Assembly: GCF_009914755.1 (NCBI RefSeq)
Contig: NC_060947.1
DNA length: 64,000 nucleotides
Reading direction: 5' to 3' (one strand)
DNA from: the human T2T-CHM13v2.0 reference genome, Homo sapiens
Of this stretch, positions 50,037-64,000 are shown piece after piece. The notes under the pieces were generated by a model that did not search any database, was not told the origin of the DNA, and worked only from the letters and a program-made list of their open reading frames with translations. Each line of letters begins with the position of its first letter. Position 1 is the first letter of the stretch. The translations under genes were made by a program, and so were the position numbers.

Positions 50037-50430
50037 TGATATGTTTTGGGTCTGTGTCCCCACCCAAATCTCATGTTGAATTGTAATCCCTAGTGTTGGA
50101 TGTGGAGCCTGGTGGGAGGTGATTGAATTATGGGAGTGGTTTCTAATGATTTAGCACCATCTCCCTAGTGCCGTCTTGTGATAGAGTTCTCAGGAGATCT
50201 GGTTGTTTAAAAGTGTGTGGCACCTTCCCCTTCACTCTCTCTCTCCCGTTCTGCCATGTGAGGAAGGTGCTTGCTTACACTTTGCCTTCTGCTGTGACTG
50301 TAAGTTTCCTGAGGCCTACCCAACCATGCTTCCTGTATAGCGTTTGGAACTGTGAGTCAATTAAACCTCTTTTCATAAATTACTCAGTTTCAGGTATGTC
50401 TTTATAGCAGTGTGAGAACGAACTAACACA
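50037..50430 (+). mobile_element. MSTA/B-like MaLR solo LTR
   Basis: TGATATGTTTTGG.TCTGTGTCCCCACCCAAATCTCATGTTGAATTGTAATCC to GAACTAACACA. Confidence 0.9.
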
Positions 50431-50684
50431 TGGGGGAAAACTACAGAAAGACAGGCAGCACAGGCAGGGCTCTGAAAGTAACATTTCATCAACACTTTGA
50501 CTCCCAATAATTTCTTTGCTGCCACTTGCATTTATGACCACTGTGATGTTGACAAAAGACATATAGGACTTGCAGCAAAGATGGGACAATGGAGGTTGAA
50601 TATACAGTAGTAGTGCATAAAGATAACATGCATAAATTAAAATCAAAACAGGAAAGTGACGTAGCATTAGTGGAACTTAGCCAC

Positions 50685-51201
50685 TGTAATAGTTTCCTGC
50701 TGATGCTGTAATAAGTTTCTACAAATTTGGTGGCTTAAAACAACAGAAATTTATTATCTTAAAGTTCTGGAGGTCACAAATCTGAACTGGGTCTCGTGGT
50801 CTCGTTGGGCTAACGTCAAGGCAGGACTGTGTTCCCTTTGGAGGCTCTATGGGAGAATCTGTTTCCATACATTTTTCAGCATCCCGAGACTGCCCACATT
50901 CCTTAGCTTGTGGTCCCTTCCTCTATCTCCAAAGCCAGCAATGGCCTGTTGAGTCCTTCTCTCATGGCACGGCTCTGACCCTGATTGCTCTCCTGCCTCC
51001 TGCTTTCATTTTTAAGGACCCTTGCAATGCTATTGGACCCACCTCAGTAATTCAAGATGATCTCATCTCAAGGTCATCTGATTAGCAACCTTAATTCTAT
51101 CTGCTACCTTAATTCCCATTTGCTGTGTAAACTCACATATTCCCAGCTTCCAGGGATTAGGACACAGATATCTTTGGGAGGCCATTCTCCTGCCCACCAC
51201 A
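50685..51201 (-). mobile_element. MLT1D-like solo LTR
   Basis: TG...CA termini with an exact 5-bp TSD GCCAC (50680-50684 and 51202-51206). Confidence 0.85.
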
Positions 51202-51337
51202 GCCACTAACAGAAGAGAGAGGAAAGGGGTGTTATTTTACTTCAGAACTAAGGTGCAATGTCAGAATTAACAGGCTCTGGCAGTTGTGTAGCAGCATGAG
51301 CTCTCCTTCAAAGGAGGGAGCTGCCTGCAGAGGCTAA

Positions 51338-51714
<377 letters not shown>

Positions 51715-51799
51715 TGAATACCTACCGGTTCCAAGATATTGTGGCGAGTACTATATGGAATAGCCTGGTAGACTGAAAGTACCCTACATTTAAAAAACA

Positions 51800-52158
<359 letters not shown>

Positions 52159-52997
52159 TTATACATCATCCAGCCTCAACAATCATCCATGTGTGCCAAG
52201 CTTGCTTCCTCTCCACTACCAACTCCCTTTTTGTCCCCTTTTCCTTGCCCTGGATTGTTTGAGGCCAACCCCAGGCTTCCAATCATTTCATCTGACAATC
52301 TTTTAGTTCACATATTTAGCAGGTAAGACTCTGCCTGAGATTTAGTGAGGCCTGGCATTGCCATTAACTAGTTGTACAATATTGGACAAGAAGAGCCCCC
52401 TTGGAGCCTCAATTTCCCTTTTCTGTAAAATGAGAGGTTTGTATTATGTGAGTCTGAAATTTTTTTGAGTCTGAAATTTCTACCAGTTCTTGCTTCTGAG
52501 AGTCCAGGGTTATTGTTTTTCCTGTTTTCAGGTTTATATTATAATTTCATTATTAAATATATCTCTTATTGAAGAAATATCTTTCTATATAAGAAAAAAA
52601 AGCAGTTTCATGCCCTGTGGCACATATATAATGTTACACAATGGAATGGATCTTCTCCCTCAGTTCTAAAGTATCTTATAGGAAGAAAATCTGAAAACAG
52701 TAAGTCATAGAGAATAGTAGTAGCCAAATTCTGTGAACTCTGACTCTCTGAAATCAAGTGACATATAATTTCTGTGGTGGAATAGAGTCAAAACTTTAAA
52801 GAAAAATATTTGTTATTTAATTTGTTTAAATTAATCATTTTTGAGATAGAATGGAGCAAGGTAAAGACTTGTTGGAGCAAGCTCTAACTGTCTGGATGAC
52901 AACTCACTTAATCCCTAATCCAACAACTTCCACTTTCCATAACATAGTCAAGAAAAAACAAGGAAGAAAAACAAAAATACTTAACGATCTCCACCTC

Positions 52998-53295
52998 TTT
53001 TTTTGTTTGTTTGTTTGAGACGGAGTTTCACTCTTGTTGCCTGGGCTGGAGTGCAATGGCTGGATCTCAGCTCACCGTAACCTCTGCCTCCCGGTTCAAG
53101 CTATTCTCCTGCCTCAGCTTCCTAAGTAGCTGGGATTACAGACATGGGCAACCCGCCCAGCTGATTTTGTATTTTTAGAGAGACAGGGTTTCTCCATGTT
53201 GGTCAGGCTGGCCTCGAACTCCCGACCTCAAATGATCTGCCCGGCTCGGCCTCCCAAAGTGCTGGGATTACAAGTGTGAGCCACCACGCCCAGCC
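52998..53295 (-). mobile_element. AluSp-like
   Basis: TSD AC[G/A]ATCTCCACCTCTTT on both sides. Confidence 0.9.
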
Positions 53296-53601
53296 TGACA
53301 ATCTCCACCTCTTTAAATCAAATATCTCAGTAATAAAAAATGAATGCTGCATAATTCATGCACCAAGATGCAGGTACTTCCCTTTCAGGAGTGCCTCAGA
53401 GGTCATGGCGCTGTTCTGTATACAGACAGCACCAGCAGGCTCAGCCTCTCAGGCTGTGAGACCAAGCCAAAGCTAAGGACAGTCTGCTTGGGGACCTTTT
53501 GGACAGTCTGCTTGGGGACCATTCAGAAACCTACCTTGGAGGCTGCATGGCGGGGCCCATAATGCCAGCTATGATGAGTCTGACAGAAAAGCAAGCTAAT
53601 T

Positions 53602-53668
53602 ACACACACACACACACATACACACACATACATACAGAAAGAGAGAGAAAAAGAGAGACACAGAGAGA
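53602..53668. repeat. (CA)n(GA)n imperfect microsatellite
   Basis: Directly visible. Confidence 0.9.
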
Positions 53669-56465
53669 AACCTCTTGGTTTTAGCTTGGTTACTACTATA
53701 GAATAGTGGTTCCCTTAGTCAGTGGGACCACGACAAAGTGCTCATCTGCATGTTCACTATGAAAAGTTTTGGTTAATCAGAGAAGAATCTTTCTCTCCGT
53801 GGGTCTATATATGAGAGGAAGCTCCAAGAATCAGGATTCTTGCAAATGAAAGTATCAGTGAGAAATGAAAGTTAGGGGTAATCTAGAGCCAGGGACACAC
53901 AGCTGAAGAGCAGATCTCAATGCAAGAACTGATTTATGGGCCCACCACATCCGGCAGATGCCATAGTCTGAATCTACTCTAGGTTGCTTGGTCAAATATT
54001 TTGGTCCCCTCACTGGCCTCCAGCATCCAACCCAAAGCAAAGGGCCTGAGAGGTTGAGTACCCTCATGAGCTCTTCCAGACAAGACTGGGGGCAAATCAC
54101 TAAAGTTAGAATCAGACACCTGCCTTCTGTGAATTCCATTGTTGCTCTGCTCTTTCATTTGGTCTGCATTATTTTCTTTAAGTTACCTAGTTAGCATCTT
54201 TCTCTGAAAAATCCCATACTTCCTTCAACGGACCCTCAGTCAGGATGGAGAGCAAGGGAAACCAGCACATTGCTGAGGCACTGGCAGTGGATTGGATCAT
54301 TCCTCAGTCCAAATCCAAGGGCCTTCCAGACAGACATGAAGGAATTCTGGCTTGGCGCTTTTAGGTCAGCGACTAGACCCATGAGGTAGAATAGGGGTTT
54401 TGAACATGAAAACCTATGGGGTGAGGCAAGGGCAGAGTAGAAGCAAGTCAGTTTAAAGACAGCCCTGTGTGCCAGATTAAGAAACTTATATATCATTCTA
54501 TAGGCAATGGGGGAGCTTTCAAAAGTGACCCTTGGGAAGTAGCTCAAGCAGGATGCACCTGGTGGATGAAGAGAGGGGCTGAGAATGGAGAAGAGCCATC
54601 CAGTTAGGAGGCCACTGCAGCAGGCCAGCCATGAGTGCCCTAATAAAGAGTGCCAAGACTCTGCTTATTCAAATAAACCCCTATCGTTCCTGGAGAATTC
54701 TTCGTAAGTCCACTTGGGAAGTGACACTGGAGTGTAACTTTGAAGCTTAGAGAAAGAACCTATTTGGACTGACAACTACAAATTTGAGGGATTTTTTTAC
54801 CTAATCCACATAGGAAATATCAGACCAAGATACTGATGAATCATTTGCTTTTATAGGATATTAGTTACTGGAAAACACAGAACAAGAATGGGAATGCCTT
54901 GATAAGATGCTAACAGTGCAACCACCCACCTGCCTCATTCCCCTCCCCATCGCACAGCTCTTAAGGAATTCCAGAGTCTATTATCAGCAGGGTTTAAAGG
55001 CTAATGAAGAAACAATCTTTTTGTAAAGCAACAAAGGACAGAGTTTGAAAGCAGGTCCAGGGGAATGTAAGAGGAAACACTTGGTTCAGTGAAAGGCAAA
55101 CTTTCCTATGGACGTGCATTTTTTTTTTTTCTAAATACCGTACGTTGCTTCGCAACCTCTAAAGCCTGTGCTTTCAATGCCTGTTCTGTGGGCAGCACTT
55201 TGCTAAATGCACCATGTGTGGTTAACACGGGCAGTTTAGGAGGGGAAAAAAAAAACTAAGAAAAATGAGACTCAAAGCAAGAGAGTTCAGGGCAGTTTTA
55301 TTATGTGTTTTCTAGACTTCGAATGGAGGCTGAGGTTACTCTCAAATGAAACGTGCTATATTCCTTTGTTCAAAAACTGCTGGGCAAAGTAATTGTGGGA
55401 AGTGTTTGAGAAAATTGCTTTACAAAGGAAAAGTGGAGAGGGGACCCAAACCCAGACAGTCCTCCTCACAGTGTGATGTTCATGCCATTGAGAAAGAGGT
55501 ATTCCATGGTGGTGACAAAGCAATGCCAATTAGGCAAATGGCAGGAAGCGAGAACTTGGAATCCTGCCTCTGACGCTTGTGAACCCTGTGGCCTTGGGTG
55601 AGTCACTTCATGTTTCTGAGCCTGTTTTCTCATATGTAAAATGTAGATACTAATCCCTGGCTTGTCTATAGTGCAGAATGATTGGTAGGTTCCAAAGATG
55701 TAACGTACGGGAATACACTCTGCACATGCTAAGATCTAGATAAATGTGAGCCATTATCTTTTTTCTCTTCTACTACACTGTGAGCATCTTACATCTTATT
55801 ATTTTCTTTAAACTGTCGACACTGCGAGAGTGTCTGATGTTTATTTTGTCATTTCACAAGCATTTAATTAGGTCCCTGCACTCAATAAATACAAAATCAA
55901 GTGGGAGAGAAATTATAATGCCTTGTTTATATATCTATCTTAGGCACTTTATAAATGCTTATTAAATGAGTGAACAGAAGGTAGTATCTTCTCTTTAGAA
56001 CCATTAACCTGGGGCTATGAAACTTGGAAGCCCTACTGCCCTCCTCAGTGCCTCCCCTCATTCCTTAACATATCCGGCCTCTTTCTTACAGTCTTCCTCT
56101 CCAACCCAAACATTGCTCTCATCTTGAATGACCTTGGCATCTATGAGAATGAATCCCCCAGCACCTTGGTGTCAGCTTCCTGACCTCATCTCCAGTGCTC
56201 TCATATACTCCATCACAGCCATGGTGACTCTGGAAGTTATCACTTATACCTGCTGTACTTTTGAAATCACAAATTCATATGGCTTATGTACTACCTGACC
56301 TCCTCAACTTCCAGCTTGCTAATGTATTTATTCTCAGTTTATCAGTTATTCAACTATATCAGTACTTTAAAGCAATGATCCTTCAGTTTTCCTATCCATT
56401 GGTATCCTCCTGTCTTCCCTTCCCTCCCTCCCCAGCTTAGACCCCACATGGTCCATCACTTCATC

Positions 56466-58088
56466 CAGTACTGTTCTTAGTCTGCGGCAAGAGGAACCCT
56501 GCTCTGGCCTCATGTTTCAAGAAGCACCATGCTTTGGAGAGCCCTCAAAACATTTTCTGAGTCCCCCTTGTCCCATGCCTTGGACTACTCAAGGACAGCA
56601 GTGCTGGCCAGGCAGAGCACCTTGAGCCTGAACCAAGACCCTCATGGACCTCCATCCCCACGTCTTCCCTTCCACAGAACTCTCAGACCCTATATCCCAC
56701 ATGTGGGGTTGATCAGATGCCACAAGGAGCTCTGGACCTCTACACCTATAGGGTTGTCCCAAGACTTAATGGCTGCGCCATGGTTCCAGGTGGTAGGCCC
56801 GGTGAGAAGATACCTCTGTTGACTGGTGCAATATTTCCTTGGTAGCATAGGGCAAAGGTAGGCTGCCAGAATAGAGATGACATGCTGATTTGGTGTGATT
56901 CTTACTCACAATGGCTCCTAATCATTCACCAGTAACCCCTGGGCTTGTGCCACATATGCACATCAGACCGTGGTCCCACTTTCTGTCTACAGCACTCAAT
57001 GGTTGGGGGAGGTGGTGGCAGGTATTATTTAACCTGTGTGCCTCCTCCACCCCCACTTACCACTACTGGCACCCAGGGTGTTATTCCACCTCCTCTGCAG
57101 GCTTCATGCCACTTGTCAAGCTGTCTTCTGGAGGTCACCTGTCTCCTCTGAGAGCTTTTGAGATCATTGTTTTTCATCACCAACAGAGCTCTCTGATTAA
57201 TATCTTCTCTTGCCTGTGATCAATATGGTGATGCCATGCTCTCCAAAGTTGATCTTAATCCCTGCCAGAAGATGGACAGACATTCCTTACATGAATGGTA
57301 CCCCTCTTCTCACTCCACTAATGGGCCCCTAGTCCATCCTCCCTGCTGGTGGTGGTGTGTAAAATGTAAGGGTCCAGTCAACATAGAAAGAGATGGATGT
57401 GATTATGGCCTATGGGGTTCAAGAGAGAACATGTTTGGAAGATGTGTCATTCTACATGTGTGCTATAAAGTGCCAAATGGTATATTGAACATGACCATAA
57501 AATGATATATTGTTCACATTTTCCTGCACACTCTGGAGAAGGTGTGCCTTTGTGCTCATCAATGAAGCACAGTAACAACGTCTGAGAGTCCACAGGGAGC
57601 TGATATTCACAGGCAGCCTGGTGGATAATGGCAGTGTCATGGGTCTTGGTGTAGCCTGCATGAACTTAAGGGTATCAGGGGCCTGTAGAGGCAAGAAGAT
57701 CTAGACTGTTTCAGTACAAGTAGGTGCTCAAGAGCCATGGCACACTGAGCAACAACAGTGATGCTCTCTTTTCTTCTCAGTGGGAGATATCACCTTAGTC
57801 ATGTGTGGTGCATTAGACAATTAGGAACATAAAGACATGCTTGCTGAGCCCAGACAAGAAGATGTGGAACCTGAACCCTATAGGGAAACTTCACAAGCAC
57901 TAATGGCACAGTAAACAAACAGCTAAGTACCTCCTCTGCCCTTATTATGCTAAATCTTCATCAACAAATCACTATAGCTCATTTGAGCCCATGAATTTTA
58001 CAATACATGTTTTCACTAAATTGTTCGTATAGCGAAGAGCCCACAAAAATATTTGTGTAGCGCTCTGCACACCCTAGTGGCAGCCCTG
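56466..58088 (+). mobile_element. hAT-Tip100 (Zaphod/MER115-like) internally deleted DNA transposon with a transposase N-terminal remnant
   Basis: Degenerate TIRs CAGTACTGTTCTTAG / CTAGTGGCAGCCCTG and 8-bp TSD ACTTCATC / AATTCACC (6/8). ORF 57236..57505 and its downstream frame read KGP..DY.L..GR..YKVPNG..EKVCLC, resembling the TTF-type zinc-finger region of Tip100 transposases. Confidence 0.65.
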
Positions 58089-58357
58089 AATTCACCTACT
58101 TTTTTTACCAACTTTCTCAGCTCCCTCACTCCATTACTGATCTGTTGCAGTACACTGAAAAATTCTAGACTTAGGTGAACCCAACCTAAGTTTTCTCTGG
58201 GCTTGCCTTTAAGCCGATGAGTGATACTGGGGAAAAAACCCACATCATACACAGATGGGTACTGGTATATATTCACCAACCTCAACCAGGACTGTTCTTC
58301 TAATGTCCTTTGCTCTTCCATTCTTTATAATTATCTCTTTAAACATTCAGTTTTTTG

Positions 58358-58490
58358 AGCTGGGTGTGGTGGTACATGGCTGTAGCCCCAGCTACTTGGG
58401 AGGCTGAGCCAGGAGAATCACTTGAGCCCAGGAGTTCAAATGCAGCCAGGGCAACATAGTGAGACCCTGTCTCTAGAAACAAAACAAAAA
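58358..58490 (+). mobile_element. FLAM monomer
   Basis: Single Alu arm (CACTTGAGCCCAGGAGTTC...GGCAACATAGTGAGACCCTGTCTC) with an A-tail. Confidence 0.8.
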
Positions 58491-60286
58491 GTTCATCTTT
58501 TGCAAGCCTTCAACCACTCCCCTCTATTTCCTCTTTAGATTACCTGGCATCTTACTTCACAGAGAAAATAGATGCCACCAGGTGGGAATTTCCTCAATTT
58601 CCAGCCCCTAAGCCTACAAGCATGTGTACCCATCTCCTTCAGTCCACTTATAACAGAAGAAATTTCCTTCCTTCTGTCTAATCCAATCCTGGGACATATT
58701 CCCTGGATCCCAGTCCTCAAGAACTCACTCATTGAATCATCTTTGCACTCTTGTATTTTCTCTTCTTTCTACCAGATTTTTCCAAACAGCATTTAAACAT
58801 GCTCAAGTCTCTCCTGTCTTACAGAAACAACCACTCTCCTTAATTTCACACACACTTTTAGCTACTACCCAAGCTCTCTCTTCCCCTTTCACAAACTTCT
58901 CAAAAAAGTTATATACAGTCATCTTCTCTACTACCTCAACTCCAGTTCCTCAGTCCTGTACAATCCCATGCAGTTGTTTTAGACAAGTCACCAATGACCT
59001 CCATAATTATTAACTTGAAAGGACACTTTCATGCCTATTTCTTCTCAAAAATAGTGTCTTCTCAAGACACTATTGCTTTGGCTTCTGTAAGAAGAGTGAG
59101 AAGAAGAGTGAGAGGGTGCTTGATGCATGAAGAACAGTAACATTTTTGGGAGGTCATGGGAGAAGGGCAAAGGGGCTCATGTATCTGGCAAGATGAGGAG
59201 CTGCGAGGTGAGATAAGGCTGGGCTACCATAAGGGACCAGGAGGGAAGATGGGGAGAAGAGGAGACTGAGTCAGGGGAGAAGAGATGAGTATAGCTGTCC
59301 CAGTGGAGGGAGACAGGCCAAGCCTGCTCAGACTGGCCTTCGAGACAGCTCCTGGCAAGGGCCTGGCTGAGGTTTGGGCAGGAGCCATCACTGCTCCAGA
59401 ACTAATTTCCTTCTGGATGGCATCTTAATTGCCACAGCAGCAATGGGAGCTTTAGGGAGTAGAGTACAATCTGGACTTAATATGAAGACTAGGGACATGG
59501 ATACTGTTTTCATTAGTTCTTCAAGCTTAAAGGAAGAGAGAGTCACATGTGGAAATGTATTTGGTGTTGGGAAAGAGTAGATTTTCTATATCTCTGACTA
59601 TGGCTAGATATTTGAATATTTCAAGATAACTCCATTCTCCTCCATGGCAGTTTATTCAAGTGCTGATAAATTAGTGCTGTTCAATTACTTGTTGACTGTC
59701 GTTTTCCCCCGATAGAATGGAGTTGCATGAAGGGGAGGGACCTTATTAGTTTTCTCCTTGTCATATTTGCTGTACTTGCAACAGTGTACACACTGGGCAG
59801 GGCTTCTATAAATGCTAAGTCAAAGAATGGATGCCCAGAATCATAAAAAAATTGAGAGTAAAAAAATGGAAGGAAGTAGAGATGGAACGCTCAGATTATC
59901 TTATGAATATAGACACGTCAGAAGACATGGAATGTGGCACAGAAAAGGAAAGACAATTATAAAGATGCCCAATAATTCTTAGGGGAAAATGATTTAAAAG
60001 GCAGTAAAGAACAAAACATGTAGTCTCAGATGTCAGTATACTAATGGAGCATGGGGCATAAACAGGGTGGCATGAATATTTATTTATTTGTAATTAAAAA
60101 TTAAAAGAAAACTTTGTGGGTACATAGTAGGTGTATATATTTATGGGGTATGCATGGGTATTTAAATACAATCTCATAATTGTCAAAAATATTTGCAGGG
60201 GTTGAAGCAACTTTGAAAATGTATACTTTGGCCTAAAGGAGTAGCTCTTGTAGACAAAGAGGCAGGATAGCATTTCAAGCAAGCAA

Positions 60287-60605
<319 letters not shown>

Positions 60606-61383
60606 CTAGGGCCCTAATGCTAAAGCTCAATGAAAAGCCAATGAGCAGAAACAAAAGCCGACAGTGCCTTGCACATGCTGCCTCAGTCAATGTTTACTTC
60701 ATTAATGAAAGAGTAAATAAGTGATGAAATCCTCTTGTGGGAGAAAAGCCTCAAACACCTAGCCTGCTGGAAAAGTTGGAGATGGTAGTCATTATGTGTA
60801 TTTCAAAACAGACCCACAGGCAAGGTACACATATTTGATCCAATTGATTGCTTCTTTCTTATTCCATCCAAATTCCTCCCCACACCTGCTCTACCTACCC
60901 TCCTATCTTTCTGGAACTGAAGAGAGACCCTACTCAGTTCTTGTGCTAGATAATTCCAGAAGGTCCAACTTCTGGAAAATTTTAATGTTCCTCACAATAC
61001 TCAAGAAATATGAACAAAACAACCCTCATAGAATTGCTGAGCTGGAAGAAATTAGAGTTAACCAAGTACTTAGAATAGTGTCTAGCCCATAATTGCTATC
61101 CAATTAAATGTCCACTGAATTGAATCTAATCAACCCCACACACAACCCCTTCACGCACCCCTACACTGCTTTACAGATAAAGAAATCAAGACCTAGAGAA
61201 ATGGAGGATGCATGTCTGAGCCACATGTTGGAAGAACTGGGACCAGAATTCCAGGTTCCAAACTCCTGAGTTAATACTTTTCAGCATTTCTACATCATTG
61301 CTTTTGGCAATTGCTGGACTCTATTCACTCTGGCTTCTGCTCCCCAAAGGTAAGTTCTAAAAAGCTCTCTCGCTTGTCACTCA

Positions 61384-61812
<429 letters not shown>

Positions 61813-62000
61813 AGAAGCTCAGTATCTTCAGTAGGAGTGATCAACCAAGTCGGAAAAAAAAGTCTTCAAGTTGGTGAAACTCTTTGTTAACGAAGGTGAG
61901 CAGGCTCTACAATCAATAGTAGCATTTAGTATTTAGCAAAGGAGTAGCTCTGGTAGACAAAGAGGCAGAATAGCATTTCTGTGAAAAGAAATGCCATTCT

Positions 62001-64000
<2,000 letters not shown>

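Larger units (their letters stand above)
56010..59090 (+). mobile_element. L2 relic interrupted by a hAT element and a FLAM
   Basis: L2 phrases end at CATGGTCCATCACT (~56460) and resume at ~58097 (GTGAACCCAAC...GGGGAAAAAACCCAC...CACCAACCTCAA; ACTTCACAGAGAAAATAGA; AAGTCACCAATGACCTCC). Confidence 0.6.

Noticed and set aside
56945-57151. Retroviral integrase-like motif SDRGPTF (plus) and a Myb/SANT-like reading (minus)
   Set aside because: Isolated short matches without the other conserved residues or LTRs. The TIR/TSD evidence favours a hAT element.
56461-58298. Apparent 18-bp TSD TCA[T/A]CCAG[T/G]ACTGTTCTT at 56461 and 58282
   Set aside because: The second copy lies within the resumed L2 sequence. 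The 8-bp TSD at 56458/58089 fits the L2 breakpoint better, so this match is probably coincidental.

Overview
Primate (catarrhine/hominoid-type, probably human-like) genomic DNA, dense in repeats, with no intact protein-coding gene that I can support. The main non-repeat feature is a near full-length, intronless processed pseudogene of NAB1 (NGFI-A/EGR-binding corepressor 1) on the minus strand (~9141-13979). It has a 5'UTR, a disrupted CDS, ~3 kb of 3'UTR, a polyA signal and tail, a target-site duplication, and two Alus within the 3'UTR. Its 5' end keeps a CpG-dense segment with an EGR consensus site and an intact 105-codon ORF that covers the NCD1 domain, which is the most interesting hypothesis in the window. 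The rest consists of a full-length dead L1PA7/8-like element (38428-45040), a 5'-truncated younger L1PA running off the right edge, many Alus (including an Alu nested in an Alu), MaLR/ERVL solo LTRs, DNA transposon fossils (MER44A, MER20, MER63, MER5, and a 1.6 kb hAT-Tip100 element with a transposase remnant), and L2/MIR/L3 relics. Three local templated-insertion or fold-back scars and a few unique segments with enhancer-like motif clusters are also visible. Repeat subfamily names and the comparison with NAB1 come from remembered consensus sequences and need database confirmation. The sequence alone gives no firm evidence for a wholly new biological system.
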